From Synechococcus sp. (GTDB lineage: Bacteria > Cyanobacteriota > Cyanobacteriia > PCC-6307 > Cyanobiaceae), in assembly GCA_035284945.1 (NCBI GenBank), contig JAYKGS010000098.1, forward strand, positions 69,372 through 133,371: a stretch of DNA of 64,000 nt, in the 5' to 3' direction. The notes beneath the pieces are model-generated. The model saw only the letters and a program-made list of their open reading frames with translations. It was not told the DNA's origin and ran no database searches. The position numbers were made by a program, and so were the translations under genes. The stretch's first letter is position 1. Each line of letters begins with the position of its first letter. Shown here in pieces: positions 10,753 to 22,507 of this stretch.

Positions 10753-11676
10753 ATGATGATGATGGGGGGCCATGGCGATCCACCCCGCACTCGCCGGCAG
10801 GACTACGGGCTGGTGCTGCTGCAGCTCCTCTGGCGGATGCGCCTCGACCTGCTGTTGCTGGCGCTGCTGGTGGCGGCTGTGGTGTGGCGCGGCCCCCTGC
10901 AGGTCCGGTCGACGCTCACGCCCATGGGGATCTCGGTGCTGGGTATCGCCGTGTCAATCTTCATCGGCTTTCGCAACACCCAGGCCATCAACCGCTGGTG
11001 GGAGGCCCGCAGCCTCTGGGGATCGGTGGTGAATCACAGCCGCCAGTGGCGTGACCTGCTGCTGGCCCTGCTGCCAACTTCGCAGCTGGCCAGCAAGCGC
11101 GGCAGATCTCTGGTGGAGTATCAGGTGGCCCTGGTGTGGCTGCTGAACTTCGAGTTGCGCAACTACTGGCGCGCCGATATTCGTCGGGCTGTGGAGGCTC
11201 TGCTGGCCGATCTGAAGCTGCCCATCACCACCTCCCTGCAGGAACTCTGCCGGCAGCGGGCCCGGGCGGTGGAGCGGTTGCATCGTGATGGCTGGATCGA
11301 TGGCTGGGGGCGCCGGCAGTTGATGGAGGTGAACAACCACTGCCACGACGCGATCGGCGGGCTGCAACGCATCCGCAACACACCGATTCCCGCCTCCTAT
11401 GACGTGTTCGTGCGGCTGATCACCTGGCTCTACGGCCTGCAGCTGCTGCTCGAATTCGAGCGCTCCACCCATGTGCTGATCGGGGTGGTGCTGTTTCTTG
11501 GCTTCCTCACGGCTGAGCGCATCGGCTCCTACGTGGAGGGACCCTTTGATCGCGATGGCAGCAGCTTTTCCCTGCCGCTCAACGCGATCTGCAGCACGAT
11601 CACGGAGGATCTGATTGAGCGGCCGCTCGACTTCGGCAGCTTCCGGCCCAGCCAGAACCCGGCGCGCTGGGATTGA
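10753..11676 (+). CDS. Bestrophin-like (YneE/VCCN) ion channel
   Basis: IFIGFRNTQAINRWWEARSLWG, RIRNTPIP.SY, IGSYVEGPFD, LPLNAIC. Confidence 0.88.
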   Translation: MMMMGGHGDPPRTRRQDYGLVLLQLLWRMRLDLLLLALLVAAVVWRGPLQVRSTLTPMGISVLGIAVSIFIGFRNTQAINRWWEARSLWGSVVNHSRQWRDLLLALLPTSQLASKRGRSLVEYQVALVWLLNFELRNYWRADIRRAVEALLADLKLPITTSLQELCRQRARAVERLHRDGWIDGWGRRQLMEVNNHCHDAIGGLQRIRNTPIPASYDVFVRLITWLYGLQLLLEFERSTHVLIGVVLFLGFLTAERIGSYVEGPFDRDGSSFSLPLNAICSTITEDLIERPLDFGSFRPSQNPARWD

Positions 11677-11744
11677 GAGGATCAAGGTCTGAACACCAGG
11701 GGGGCTGGGGCCCTACCTTGTGGTTTGCCCTGTTCACATCCGCC

Positions 11745-12335
11745 ATGCCCCTGCTGGCCCTGATCTGGCCGCCGGAGGCCTATCTCTGGTTCAAGACCCT
11801 GCATATCGTCGGGGTGGTGGTTTGGTTTGCAGGCCTTTTCTATCTTGTACGGCTATTCATCTATCACCGTGAAGCTGAGGAGCTCGAGGCTCATCTGCGC
11901 CATCCTTTCCAGGCGCAGTACGCGCTGATGGAGCGCAGGCTCGCCAACATCATCACCACCCCGGGAATGGTGGTGGCCTTGGTGTGCGCTGTTGGCCTGC
12001 TCAGCGTCAACCCAGGCTGGCTGCAGCAGGGGTGGATGCACACCAAGCTGTTTTTCGTTGCGTTACTGCTCGTATATCACGCTTTCTGCTATCGTTTAAT
12101 GGGGCAACTTAGCAGGGATGCGTGTAATTGGAGCCCTAGGCAATTGCGGGCGCTCAACGAGCTGCCAACCCTGCTGCTGGTGATAGTGGTGATGCTGGTC
12201 GTGTTCAAGAACCAGTTTCCCAGCGGTGCCGCCACCTGGTTGACGGTTGCACTGGCTTTGGCGATGGCAGCCTCAATTCAGTTTTATGCTCGCTGGCGTA
12301 GGTTGAGAACTGAAGGGTTGGCCGCAAATGGATGA
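11745..12335 (+). CDS. hemJ: Protoporphyrinogen IX oxidase HemJ
   Basis: YLWFKTLHIVGVVVWFAGLFYLVRLFIYH, MERRL, WMHTKL, NELPT. Confidence 0.95.
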   Translation: MPLLALIWPPEAYLWFKTLHIVGVVVWFAGLFYLVRLFIYHREAEELEAHLRHPFQAQYALMERRLANIITTPGMVVALVCAVGLLSVNPGWLQQGWMHTKLFFVALLLVYHAFCYRLMGQLSRDACNWSPRQLRALNELPTLLLVIVVMLVVFKNQFPSGAATWLTVALALAMAASIQFYARWRRLRTEGLAANG

Positions 12336-12993
12336 TGCCGGCTCGCTGCTGCATCCCCTGCGACCGGTGCTGCAGGGAATTACGCCCAGCTGCTGCCCCG
12401 GCAGGGTCAACTTCCACTGCCACACCACCTTCAGTGACGGCAGTCTCAGCCCCGTTGAACTTGCTGATCGGGCCCTGGAGCTAGGCCTGGAACACCTGGC
12501 TATCACAGATCACCACAGCATTGCTGCCCATGATCCCGCGGCGTCCAGGTTTTGCGCCGCTGCAGAAAGCGGCAGGCCCGTACCCAGGTTGTGGCGGGGG
12601 GTGGAAATCAGCTGCCTGCTCGAGGGTTGCCTGGTCCATGTACTGGCGCTTGGCTTCGGCGAGGACCATGCCAGCCTGGAGCCCTACCTGCAGGGGCAGA
12701 CCGCGGTGGGCCCTGCCCTGCGGGCCGAGGCGGTTCTGCGGGCAGGCCGGCAGGCAGGTGCTCTGATGCTGCTGGCCCATCCTGCCCGTTACCGAATTCC
12801 ATTCAAGTGGCTCATCAGTGCGGCTGATCAGCTTGGCTTCGATGGGGCAGAAACCTGGTATGACTACCAGCAGAGTGACAGCTGGGTTCCCTCCCCTGTG
12901 GTTTGCGAAGCCATAGCCGCTGAATTGCGGGAGCGCGGACTTTTGATGAGTTGTGGTACTGATACCCATGGGTTCACCCTCCGCGGCCGCTAG
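12328..12993 (+). CDS. PHP domain metal-dependent phosphoesterase
   Basis: FHCHTTFSDG, AITDHH, GVEIS, LAHPARY, GTDTHG. Confidence 0.92.
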   Translation: MDDAGSLLHPLRPVLQGITPSCCPGRVNFHCHTTFSDGSLSPVELADRALELGLEHLAITDHHSIAAHDPAASRFCAAAESGRPVPRLWRGVEISCLLEGCLVHVLALGFGEDHASLEPYLQGQTAVGPALRAEAVLRAGRQAGALMLLAHPARYRIPFKWLISAADQLGFDGAETWYDYQQSDSWVPSPVVCEAIAAELRERGLLMSCGTDTHGFTLRGR

Positions 12994-13021
12994 GGTTAGG
13001 GAAGCATTCACCTGCCGCACG

Positions 13022-13570
13022 ATGGGACTGTTCGATCGCCTGCTAACACCTCGCGCCGCCACCCCCGCGAACAACACTCCTCCCAAAGCGAAAAAAGAAG
13101 TTGAAACCTTCTTTCTCGATCCCGATGCTTCAAGCAGCATGGGCAACGTTGACTTCATGAGGCGCTCCAACACGATCCGTCACACATTTCCTGGAACGGC
13201 TGACAGTCCGGGCAACAAGGAGATGGTTGCCGAGGTGGCATCGATGGAGTCGAAGCTCGAAAAGATGTCCGACGGTCTGGCAGGTATCAACAGTCAGCCT
13301 GAAAAGGTTGACCTAACCAGCGGTATTCCAAAACCGGTCAAGAAGACCTTCGCCCAGACCATGTCTGCTGCGGAGCTCGAGCAACGCAAAAGAGGATCGG
13401 CCCTCGGTGTCAATGTGCCTGGTGGGCCTGCGGCCATGAAGCAGGAACAGGAGCTGAAGAAGGCCGCCAATGCCCAGTTCCCCGACCAGTCCCAGCTCAA
13501 CAAGCAGCCGTCCGGCAAGGCTGGCGCAATCGACCCGTTCAAGCAGATGGTGCGCGATCTGAACAGCTGA
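13022..13570 (+). CDS. Conserved hypothetical protein
   Basis: ATG 13022; FFLDPDASSSMGNVDFMR and IDPFKQMVRDL blocks; fills the gap with GC-rich third positions. Confidence 0.7.
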   Translation: MGLFDRLLTPRAATPANNTPPKAKKEVETFFLDPDASSSMGNVDFMRRSNTIRHTFPGTADSPGNKEMVAEVASMESKLEKMSDGLAGINSQPEKVDLTSGIPKPVKKTFAQTMSAAELEQRKRGSALGVNVPGGPAAMKQEQELKKAANAQFPDQSQLNKQPSGKAGAIDPFKQMVRDLNS

Positions 13571-13590
13571 ACCTGGCCCTATCCGGCCGA

Positions 13591-16500
13591 TCAGGACTGC
13601 TCGATCTTCGCTTCACTGGCCAAGACCAGCTGGCGCAGCTTTTCCAGCTGGTTTTGGCTTGCCCCATCCCAGAGCCCCCGGTGATGGGCCTCCAGCAATC
13701 TCTCGGCCATGTCGCGCAGGGCCCAGGGGTTCGCCTGCTGCAGAAAGGCAACCACATCCGAGTCACCCAGCCAGTGATCGCAGATGGCGCCATAGGCCCA
13801 GTCGGGAACGCAACCGGTGCTGGCGTCATAGGCAAACAGGTAATCGAGGCTGGCGGCCATTTCGAAGCCACCCTTGTAGCCGTGCCGCGCCATGGCCCCA
13901 ACCCAGCGGGGATTGAGCACGCGGCTGCGCAAAACCTTGTCAAACTCACGCTCAAGACGGTGGATCCTTGGGCGGGCAGTGCGGGAATGGTCGCCGAACC
14001 AGAGGGCAGGCCGCTGCCCTGACACCTTCTCCACTGCGGCGCTCAGGCCCCCCTGAAATTGGTAGTAGTCATCAGAATCGAGCAGGTCATGTTCCCGGTT
14101 GTCCTGGTTGTGCAGCACCACCTGCACGGCACCCAGCCGGCGCTCCAGGCCGGGCCGATCGGCCCGGGCCTCGATTCCAGCCTGGCCGTCATAACTCCAG
14201 CTGCTCCAGTTCAAAAAGGCCTCGCCGAGGTCGCCGCGATCTTCCCAATGCCCCCCATCGATCAGCCCTTGCAGTCCGGCTCCGTAGGCGCCTGGGGCGG
14301 AGCCGTAGACACGGGCGCACTGGCCCTCCCGTCGCCAGGCTGCGGCTAGGGGATTGGCGTCATCCGCCTCCTCCAGGCGGGCCACCAGCTCGGTGGCCCT
14401 GTTGACCCAGGAGACCAGCTGGGGGAAAGCATCCCTAAACAGGCCGGAGATACGCAGGGTGACATCCACCCTTGGGCGGCCCAGCAGGGACAGGGGAATC
14501 ACCTCCAGATCCACCATCCGCCGGGTGGGCCCGTCCCAGATGGGCCGAACCCCCAATAGGGCCAGGGTCTGGGCAATGTCTTCACCGCCGTTGCGCATGG
14601 TCGCCGTACCCCACACGGAGAGGGCGAGGGTCAGGAGGTGTTCGCCCTGCTCCTGAAAATGGAGATCGAGCAGCAGCTCGGCGCTGCGGCGGCCCAGGTC
14701 CCAGGCGGCCTCTGTTGGCAGACCGCGCAGATCCACACTGTAAAAGTTGCGACCAGTCGGCAGCAGGTCAGGTCTTCCCCTGGTAGGCGCCCCTGACGGA
14801 CCAGCGGCAATCCTGTTGCCCCCCAGACCCCTCAGCAAGGCGCTGCGTTCGGCCGATGCACAGGCCAACAGCCTGGGCATCAACTCCTGGCGTAGGTGTT
14901 GCAGAGCCTGAGCTTCGGCGGCACCTCCGGGCTCCGTTCCCTGGCCATCAAGCTCCCTGTGCACCAGCTCAAGAGCTCGGGCTTCCAGCAGGGCAGCTCC
15001 GTCGCCGGCCAATCTGGGTGGCTTGCCCCCAAAGGCGGCAACTAGCCGCTGTTGATCTGTCTGACTGAGGGGGATGTCGTCCCCATCGGCCCAGGGATCG
15101 AAGCCGAGCTGGAGATCGGTCGCCAGAGCCTGGGTGAGCCCGATTTGCTGGGCAACCGGGCAGCGGGCCAGGCAGAGCAGGAGCTCGGCCAACTCAGCCT
15201 GCTCCGGCAAAGTTCCATAGATATGTAATCCCAGACGAATCTGGGCCTCCTTCAGTTCGCACAGATAACCGTCAGCAGCCTCCAGACGTGAATCCAGCTG
15301 CAGGTTTGAACCGAAAGGTAGATGGAGACTGTCAAGTTGCTGGGCCAGTCGTTGACGCAGGCCTGCGGCGCGTTCGCTGCCCAGCTGGGTGGCCTCCCAG
15401 TACTCATCAAGCAACACCTCAAGCAGCTGGAGTTCACCATGCAGACCAGCCCTTCCCAGTGGTGGGGTGAGGTGGTCGAGAATCACAGCCTGACTGCGCC
15501 GCTTGGCCTGGGAGCCCTCGCCAGGGTCGTTGACAATGAAGGGATAGAGATGGGGCATCGCTCCGAGGGCAAGCTCGGGGAAGCAGGCGTTGCTGAGGCC
15601 AAGCCCCTTGCCGGGAAGCCATTCCAGATTGCCATGCTTACCGACATGCACCACGGCATGGCAGCCGAAGCTCTTCCGCAACCAAAGGTATTGGGCCAGG
15701 TAGGCGTGGGTAGGCGGCAGATCGGGACTGTGGTAGCTGAGGCTGGGATCTCGGTCGTACCCCCGTTCGGGCTGAATCAGAACGATCACACTGCCGAATC
15801 GCAGACCCCGAATAGGAAATGCCGGGGTGCCTTGGCGGTCTGGCTGCAATCCAGCATCCAGTTCTGGGACCCCCCAGACGGACTCCAACACTGATCTGGG
15901 ATCGGCCGGCAACTGCTGATACCAACTGAGGTAGTCAGCCAGGGGCAGGTGGTCGAGGGCCGGTCGATGGCAGCTCTCCGGGTCGTTGGTACGGCCTGCC
16001 AACAGCTCCTGGATCAGGGCATCCCCATCAGCGGGTGCCGCCCTGCCCAATGCGTACCCATCCTGTTGAAGCCATTGCAAGATCAGGGCAACAGAGGCCG
16101 GGGTATCCAGGCCTACCCCATTGGCGAGCCTGCTGTTGCGGGTTGGATAGTTGGCCAGCACCAGGGCAATCCGCCGCTGGGCCGCAGGTGTCTGACGCAG
16201 GGTTATCCAGTTGGCAGCAAGCCGGGCAATCCAGGCCAGCCTTTCTGGATCGGGCTGGTAGCTCTGCAGGGCTGCAGCAAGCCGGCCACTGGCAGCCACC
16301 GTTTCCTTGAATGCCCCGATGCGGGTGGTCAGGCGGCCATCTAGCTCGGGCAATGCCACCTGCAGGGTCAGGTCAATGGGTCCCAAGCCGATACTGCTTT
16401 CCTGCCATCGCTGCCGAGGCTGGCTGCTGCAGAGCAACTGGAACACCGGCACTCCCAACTTCTCCCAGAGGGGTGATCCAAGGCCAGCTTCCTCAAAACG

Positions 16501-17283
16501 TACGGAGGCAAATGAGGTGCTGATCAGAACCGCCTCAACGGCTTCCCGCCCGAACAGATCGGCTACACCGCTCTGAACCGAAAGCTCACGCAAACCACTC
16601 ACCCAGAGCGCCCGGGGGCTCAGCCCTGCGCTGCGCAGGGCGGTAAGGGTGGCCTCCATCAGGGCCAGATCACCGGCCTGCAGAAGGGCCCGATAGCCAA
16701 CCACACCAACCCTGGGTCCCGGTTCATGACGCCAGTCAAAGGGCAACGGATCGGCTAGATGCTGGACCTCCGGCAGCTGTGGCTCACCTCCGGCCAGCAG
16801 ATCCCGCAGGGTCTCCATCAGTGATCGCAGATTGCCGGGACCGCCTTCACGCAGACAACGGGCCAGGACGACCGCAAGCTGGACTGGCACCGTTCCCAGC
16901 TCCGCCAGGCCAGTCTCCTCCTCCTCCGTTCCGGCGAGCACAAGCAGATGACGGCCTGGCTGCTCTTCAACCCAATGCATGAGCCGCTCAAGGCCATAGC
17001 TCCAATGGCCCCTACCCCCCAGAAGACGCACAACCACCAGCCTGGCTTTACTCACCGTGGTGTTGAGGTAATGGTCCACCTGGGCAGGGTGGATCAGGGC
17101 AGCCAGATTCAGGCATCGCAACTCGGCCCCCAGCAGGGCGGGTTCCCGCTCGAGCAGCTGATCAATTGCCAGCAGGTCAGTGTCGGCGCTGCTGAGCAGC
17201 AGCACCGGAGCTGCCGGCTGCTCGACCAGCGCACCGGCATCGCCTGCTCCACTTCCCCCCGGTATTGATGCCAAGCGATGCAT
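13591..17283 (-). CDS. cobN: Cobaltochelatase subunit CobN
   Basis: MHRLA N-terminus, HVGKHGNLEWLPGK, NDPGEGSQAKRR, LPTGRNFYS, DSDDYYQFQGG; 1230 aa. Confidence 0.97.
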   Translation of the reverse strand: MHRLASIPGGSGAGDAGALVEQPAAPVLLLSSADTDLLAIDQLLEREPALLGAELRCLNLAALIHPAQVDHYLNTTVSKARLVVVRLLGGRGHWSYGLERLMHWVEEQPGRHLLVLAGTEEEETGLAELGTVPVQLAVVLARCLREGGPGNLRSLMETLRDLLAGGEPQLPEVQHLADPLPFDWRHEPGPRVGVVGYRALLQAGDLALMEATLTALRSAGLSPRALWVSGLRELSVQSGVADLFGREAVEAVLISTSFASVRFEEAGLGSPLWEKLGVPVFQLLCSSQPRQRWQESSIGLGPIDLTLQVALPELDGRLTTRIGAFKETVAASGRLAAALQSYQPDPERLAWIARLAANWITLRQTPAAQRRIALVLANYPTRNSRLANGVGLDTPASVALILQWLQQDGYALGRAAPADGDALIQELLAGRTNDPESCHRPALDHLPLADYLSWYQQLPADPRSVLESVWGVPELDAGLQPDRQGTPAFPIRGLRFGSVIVLIQPERGYDRDPSLSYHSPDLPPTHAYLAQYLWLRKSFGCHAVVHVGKHGNLEWLPGKGLGLSNACFPELALGAMPHLYPFIVNDPGEGSQAKRRSQAVILDHLTPPLGRAGLHGELQLLEVLLDEYWEATQLGSERAAGLRQRLAQQLDSLHLPFGSNLQLDSRLEAADGYLCELKEAQIRLGLHIYGTLPEQAELAELLLCLARCPVAQQIGLTQALATDLQLGFDPWADGDDIPLSQTDQQRLVAAFGGKPPRLAGDGAALLEARALELVHRELDGQGTEPGGAAEAQALQHLRQELMPRLLACASAERSALLRGLGGNRIAAGPSGAPTRGRPDLLPTGRNFYSVDLRGLPTEAAWDLGRRSAELLLDLHFQEQGEHLLTLALSVWGTATMRNGGEDIAQTLALLGVRPIWDGPTRRMVDLEVIPLSLLGRPRVDVTLRISGLFRDAFPQLVSWVNRATELVARLEEADDANPLAAAWRREGQCARVYGSAPGAYGAGLQGLIDGGHWEDRGDLGEAFLNWSSWSYDGQAGIEARADRPGLERRLGAVQVVLHNQDNREHDLLDSDDYYQFQGGLSAAVEKVSGQRPALWFGDHSRTARPRIHRLEREFDKVLRSRVLNPRWVGAMARHGYKGGFEMAASLDYLFAYDASTGCVPDWAYGAICDHWLGDSDVVAFLQQANPWALRDMAERLLEAHHRGLWDGASQNQLEKLRQLVLASEAKIEQS

Positions 17284-17369
17284 GACTCCATCCTGCAGGT
17301 TGCGGTGAGAGGATCAAGCCGCCCGCGAGCCCAAGTGGTCGCGCCTGCTCTGCCAGCCCATCTGCCACC

Positions 17370-18287
17370 ATGCACCAGTTCCTGCCCTTCGCCTGGTTCG
17401 GTGGCCGATGCGTGCCCTTTGCGGAGGCAACCCTCTCAGTGGCAACCCATGCCCTTCACTACGGCACGGGTGCTTTTGGTGGCATGAGGGCGATTCCCAA
17501 TCCGGGCGATTCAGATGAAATACTCCTGTTCCGGGCCGATCGCCATGTCCGGCGACTGAGTCAGAGTGCACGGCTGTTGCTGACCGAGCTCAGCGAGGAC
17601 ACAATCAATCTGGCGATCAGGGAGTTCCTGCGGTCCAACAAACCCACCTGTCCTGTGTATCTGAGGCCCTTTGTCTACACCAGCGATCTGGGTATTGCAC
17701 CGCGGCTGCACAATATCGAAACCGACTTTCTGATCTACGGACTGGAACTTGGCGACTACCTGCCACCCGATGGCGTGACCTGCCGAATCAGTTCCTGGAC
17801 CCGGCAGGAGGATCGTTCCTTACCCCTGCGGGGAAAAATCAGTGGCGCCTACATCACCAGCTCCCTTGCGAAAACCGAAGCTGTCAAGAGTGGCTTCGAC
17901 GAGGCCCTGCTGCTCAACAGTCGCGGCAAGCTGAGCGAGGCAAGTGGCATGAATCTCTTTCTGGTGCGCGAGGGGGTGCTGATAACGCCCAGCGTCGACC
18001 AGGACATCCTCGAAGGGATCACGCGGGCCAGCGTGATTGACCTGGCGCGGGCCATGGGTATGGAGGTGCTGGAACGGCCGGTGGATAAAAGTGAGCTGTT
18101 CGTTGCCGACGAGGTATTTCTCAGTGGAACGGCTGCCAAAGTCACTCCCGTGCGTCGGGTGGAGACCACCGACATGCCCCACGAGCGCCCTATAATGTCA
18201 GCCATAAGGGAAAGGCTGACAGCGATCACGGAAGGCCGCGATCCCGCCTATGACAGTTGGGTGACGCGTATCCGATTAGACGGCTGA
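17370..18287 (+). CDS. ilvE: Branched-chain amino acid aminotransferase
   Basis: [42 protein letters not shown]. Confidence 0.95.
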   Translation: MHQFLPFAWFGGRCVPFAEATLSVATHALHYGTGAFGGMRAIPNPGDSDEILLFRADRHVRRLSQSARLLLTELSEDTINLAIREFLRSNKPTCPVYLRPFVYTSDLGIAPRLHNIETDFLIYGLELGDYLPPDGVTCRISSWTRQEDRSLPLRGKISGAYITSSLAKTEAVKSGFDEALLLNSRGKLSEASGMNLFLVREGVLITPSVDQDILEGITRASVIDLARAMGMEVLERPVDKSELFVADEVFLSGTAAKVTPVRRVETTDMPHERPIMSAIRERLTAITEGRDPAYDSWVTRIRLDG

Positions 18288-18292
18288 AAAAC

Positions 18293-21200
18293 GTGAATTT
18301 TCTCGAACGGCTTCATAGCGTAGATCGCCCCCTACTGGTGTTTGACGGAGCCACAGGCACTTCGCTCCAGCGAATGGACCTAAACGCTCAGGATTTTGGT
18401 GGTGCGGCACTGGAGGGGTGTAATGAAATCCTTGTATTCACACGGCCTGATGCTGTTCAGGAAGTGCACAGGCAGTTTCTTGAGGCCGGTTGCGATGTGA
18501 TCGAAACCGACACATTCGGTGCAACCTCATTGGTGCTTGATGAGTACTCCATAGGTGATCAGAGCTTTGCCATGAATAAGCGTGCCGCCGAGCTTGCTCG
18601 CGAAATGGCAGACCAATACAGCACCCCTGAAAAACCCCGTTTCGTTGCCGGCTCCATGGGGCCAACTACAAAGTTGCCCACTTTAGGGCATGTCAACTTC
18701 GATACAATGAAGGCGTCTTTTGCTGAACAGGCAGAAGGTCTTCTGGCCGGCAACGTGGATCTGTTCATCGTCGAAACGTGCCAGGATGTGTTACAGATAA
18801 AAGCTGCATTACAGGGTATAGAGGAGGCGTTCAGCAAGATTGGCCAACGCCGACCGCTGATGGTGAGTGTGACTATGGAAGCAACGGGAACCATGCTTGT
18901 TGGTTCCGACATTGCTGCAGTGGTTTCAATTCTGGAACCCTTCCCGATTGATGTGCTTGGTCTGAACTGTGCTACTGGCCCGGAGCAGATGAAAGAACAT
19001 ATTCGCTATCTGAGCGAAATCAGTCCCTTTGTGATCAGTTGCATTCCCAATGCTGGTTTGCCCGAGAATGTCGGCGGCGTTGCCCACTACAGATTAACGC
19101 CGGTGGAAATGAAGATGCAGTTACTGCACTTTGTTGAAGACTTCGGTGTCCAGGTAATCGGAGGCTGCTGTGGAACCACTCCCGAGCATATTAGGGCACT
19201 GGTGGAGCTGGCCTCAGAACTCAGGCCAGCTGCCAGATTGGTGCGCACTCCTGAGAACCGACACGAACGTCCCTTGCTGAACGGGGAACCATCAGCTGCT
19301 TCTCTGTATGGCAGCACTCCGTATCACCAGGACAATTCATTTTTGATAATCGGCGAAAGGCTCAATGCCAGCGGCAGCAAAAAGGTAAGAGAGCTGCTAG
19401 CCGAGGAGGATTGGGATGGGCTGGTTGGGGTAGCGAGAGGCCAGGTCAAGGAGAATGCCCACGTGCTCGATGTCAATGTCGACTACGTTGGCAGAGATGG
19501 TGAACGTGATATGCACGAACTAGTCAGTCGACTAGTAACAAACGTCAACCTCCCGCTGATGCTCGATTCAACCGAATGGCAGAAAATGGAGGCAGGCCTG
19601 AAGGTTGCAGGTGGTAAGTGCATTCTAAATTCTACCAATTACGAAGATGGAAATGAGCGCTTTTTCAAGGTTTTGAACCTGGCTAAAGCATATGGCGCCG
19701 GGGTAGTAATCGGAACCATCGATGAAGAGGGAATGGCCCGCACAGCTGAACGAAAGTTCTCCATTGCCCAAAGGGCCTATCGAGATGCTGTGGAATTCGG
19801 AATACCAGCTCACGATATCTTCTACGACCCGCTAGCCCTGCCAATCTCAACCGGTATAGAAGAAGATCGCCTGAATGGGGCGGCAACAGTGGAAGCAATC
19901 CGCCGTATCCGCAGCGATCTGGCTGGTGTCCATCTGGTGCTTGGCGTCAGCAATGTGAGCTTTGGGCTTTCACCAGCGGCACGGATTGTGCTGAATTCCG
20001 TCTTCCTGCATGACTGCTGCGAGGCAGGCATGGATGCCGCGATCATCAGCCCGGCCAAGATCCTTCCACTAGCCAAGATCAGCGAGGAGCACCAGCAGGT
20101 CTGTCGCGATCTGATCTATGACCGTCGGAGATTTGAGTCTGACAGATCGGGAGCGATCTGCACCTACGACCCCCTGACCCAGCTCACTACCCTGTTTGAG
20201 GGCGTAACTGCCAAGGATGCCCGTGCATCGGGGCCTTGCCTGGCCGACCTGGTGGTTGAAGAACGACTGAAGCAACACATCATTGATGGAGAGCGGCTTG
20301 GGCTCGAACCATCCCTCGATGAAGCCCTCAAAGCCTATCCTCCACTACAAATCATCAATACGTTTCTGCTTGATGGCATGAAGGTTGTGGGTGAACTGTT
20401 TGGTGCCGGCCAGATGCAACTGCCCTTCGTGCTGCAGAGCGCCGAAACCATGAAGGCGGCGGTGGCCTATCTGGAGCCTCACATGGAAAAGAGTGAAGGT
20501 GAAAGTTCCTCGAAGGCCAAATTTCTGATCGCTACAGTCAAGGGCGATGTTCATGATATAGGCAAAAACTTAGTTGATATTATCCTCACTAATAATGGCT
20601 ATGAAGTAATCAATCTTGGCATAAAGCAGAGTTGTGAGTCCATAATTGAGGCCCAGCTAAAGCATAGGGCTGATTGTATCGCCATGAGTGGATTGCTTGT
20701 AAAATCAACTGCCTTTATGAAAGACAATCTGGAAGCTTTCAACCGGGTTAATATAACTGTGCCGGTGATTCTCGGGGGTGCGGCTCTCACACCTCGCTTC
20801 GTTAATGGCGACTGCCGTGCCGCCTATCGGGGCCAGGTGGTGTACGGGCGGGACGCCTTTGCTGATCTGCGCTTCATGGATGCTCTTGTGGAAGCCAAGG
20901 CAGCGGGGGAATGGGATGACTTCCAGGGCTTCACCGGCAATATTCCGGGCGGGTTGGGACTCAGCTCAGCAGATCCGGCTGAAATCAACCTGACTACAGA
21001 GGCTGCAAGCGAACATGAACCGGCGTTGCAGCCTGACCCGATTGCATCCTCTGGCGAAGATGACAATTCAGTGGATGACCAGCGTTCAGCCATGGTCCCC
21101 CAGGAGCAGGCCCTGCAGCCACCGTTCTGGGGAAGCCAAGTGCTTATGGAAACTCAGATCAATCTGGATGAGGTTTTTTCCTTTCTGGATCGCAACGCGC

Positions 21201-21931
21201 TATTTGCAGGCCAATGGCAACTGCGCAAGAGTCAGAAGCAAAGTCGCGAGAGTTATGAAGCCATGTTGGCTGAGAAGGCCGAACCAGTTCTGAGCAAATG
21301 GATTGAGCGTTGTCTGAATGAAGGTCTTCTGCTGCCCAGGGTGGCCTATGGCTACTTCCCGTGCGGCCGGGAAGGCAATGCCGTAGTTGTGTTTGACCCC
21401 ACGACGACGAACCTTGAGCTCGGACGCTTCCATCTACCACGCCAGCGTTCTGGTAACCGCTACTGCGTAGCAGACTTTTATAGGGACCTGTCCATCAGAC
21501 CTACGGGATCGCCAATTCCCACCGATGTTTTACCCATGCAGGCGGTCACCATGGGTGAACTAGCGACGGAATATGCCCAGGCACTTTTCAAAAACAATCA
21601 ATATACTGATTACCTCTATTTCCATGGCCTTGGTGTCCAGATGGCTGAGGCCCTTGCTGAATGGGCCCATGCCCGCATCCGCAGCGAACTGGGGTTCCCG
21701 GATCCGGCTAATATGACGCTCAAGGACGTTTTGGCTCAACGCTACAGGGGCAGTCGTTACTCCTTTGGCTATCCAGCATGTCCGAATGTCGCCGACTCTC
21801 GCCAGCAACTCGTTTGGCTAGGCGCTGAGAGGATTGGCCTGTCGATGGATGAGAGCGACCAACTCGAACCTGAGCAGAGCACTACAGCTCTGGTTGCCCT
21901 GCACAGCAAGGCGCGATACTTCTCTGCTTAA
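18293..21931 (+). CDS. metH: Cobalamin-dependent methionine synthase
   Basis: [43 protein letters not shown] (B12 motif), [10 protein letters not shown]; GTG at 18293. Confidence 0.98.
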   Translation: MNFLERLHSVDRPLLVFDGATGTSLQRMDLNAQDFGGAALEGCNEILVFTRPDAVQEVHRQFLEAGCDVIETDTFGATSLVLDEYSIGDQSFAMNKRAAELAREMADQYSTPEKPRFVAGSMGPTTKLPTLGHVNFDTMKASFAEQAEGLLAGNVDLFIVETCQDVLQIKAALQGIEEAFSKIGQRRPLMVSVTMEATGTMLVGSDIAAVVSILEPFPIDVLGLNCATGPEQMKEHIRYLSEISPFVISCIPNAGLPENVGGVAHYRLTPVEMKMQLLHFVEDFGVQVIGGCCGTTPEHIRALVELASELRPAARLVRTPENRHERPLLNGEPSAASLYGSTPYHQDNSFLIIGERLNASGSKKVRELLAEEDWDGLVGVARGQVKENAHVLDVNVDYVGRDGERDMHELVSRLVTNVNLPLMLDSTEWQKMEAGLKVAGGKCILNSTNYEDGNERFFKVLNLAKAYGAGVVIGTIDEEGMARTAERKFSIAQRAYRDAVEFGIPAHDIFYDPLALPISTGIEEDRLNGAATVEAIRRIRSDLAGVHLVLGVSNVSFGLSPAARIVLNSVFLHDCCEAGMDAAIISPAKILPLAKISEEHQQVCRDLIYDRRRFESDRSGAICTYDPLTQLTTLFEGVTAKDARASGPCLADLVVEERLKQHIIDGERLGLEPSLDEALKAYPPLQIINTFLLDGMKVVGELFGAGQMQLPFVLQSAETMKAAVAYLEPHMEKSEGESSSKAKFLIATVKGDVHDIGKNLVDIILTNNGYEVINLGIKQSCESIIEAQLKHRADCIAMSGLLVKSTAFMKDNLEAFNRVNITVPVILGGAALTPRFVNGDCRAAYRGQVVYGRDAFADLRFMDALVEAKAAGEWDDFQGFTGNIPGGLGLSSADPAEINLTTEAASEHEPALQPDPIASSGEDDNSVDDQRSAMVPQEQALQPPFWGSQVLMETQINLDEVFSFLDRNALFAGQWQLRKSQKQSRESYEAMLAEKAEPVLSKWIERCLNEGLLLPRVAYGYFPCGREGNAVVVFDPTTTNLELGRFHLPRQRSGNRYCVADFYRDLSIRPTGSPIPTDVLPMQAVTMGELATEYAQALFKNNQYTDYLYFHGLGVQMAEALAEWAHARIRSELGFPDPANMTLKDVLAQRYRGSRYSFGYPACPNVADSRQQLVWLGAERIGLSMDESDQLEPEQSTTALVALHSKARYFSA

Positions 21932-21986
21932 GATTCGGATGTTCTCAGGGCTGCACCTGTCGGGGCACCCACTTCAAACACCATCC

Positions 21987-22259
21987 ATGGCTATAGCTGG
22001 CCCTAGCGGCGTAGATGCCGCGATTGCTTCAGGCCTCGATCTTGACGGCACCCCAATCCCCGCCGGCATGATCGAGCTTTACCAGGAGGTCATGGAGCTG
22101 GAGAGTCAGCGGGCCCGGAGTGGGGTTAAAAAGTCAATGCGTAACCGCATTGTAAAGACAGGTTCAAAACATTTCGACCAAGCGACCCTTGATGCCCGCT
22201 TGAAGGCAGCGGGCTGGGAAGGGCTGAAGGAGAAGGAGATCGCCTTTTTCTATGGATGA
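21987..22259 (+). CDS. DUF4090 family small conserved protein
   Basis: DAAIASGLDLDGTPIP..M..LY..VM.LE..R.RSGV.KSMRNRIV, LKEKEIAFFY. Confidence 0.82.
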   Translation: MAIAGPSGVDAAIASGLDLDGTPIPAGMIELYQEVMELESQRARSGVKKSMRNRIVKTGSKHFDQATLDARLKAAGWEGLKEKEIAFFYG

Positions 22260-22279
22260 ATGGCAGCTCCAGGGTTCCG

Positions 22280-22507
22280 TCAGCTGCACATCTCCTCAAG
22301 GGCGTCGATCACGTCCTGCTGGAACTCCTCCAGGTTGAGGGAGTCGCTGAGATCAATGCCCTCTCCGGCGGCATTCTGGGTGAGCTCCTGAAAGTGGAAG
22401 GCCCCTTCGCCATGGGCGAGAAATTCCATGGCGGAGGGTTCACCGCTCTCCTTGTAGGCGTCGCAGAGGGCCAGAAAGGCCGCATCCTCGGTGAATTCCC
22501 AGCTCAT
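22280..22507 (-). CDS. Conserved hypothetical acidic small protein
   Basis: 75 aa, strongly GC-biased third positions, convergent with the DUF4090 gene. Confidence 0.72.
   Translation of the reverse strand: MSWEFTEDAAFLALCDAYKESGEPSAMEFLAHGEGAFHFQELTQNAAGEGIDLSDSLNLEEFQQDVIDALEEMCS

Noticed and set aside
14150-14167. 18-bp perfect palindrome CCGGGCCGATCGGCCCGG in cobN
   Set aside because: Arms of 9 GC-rich bp are expected by chance in 64 kb of high-GC DNA.
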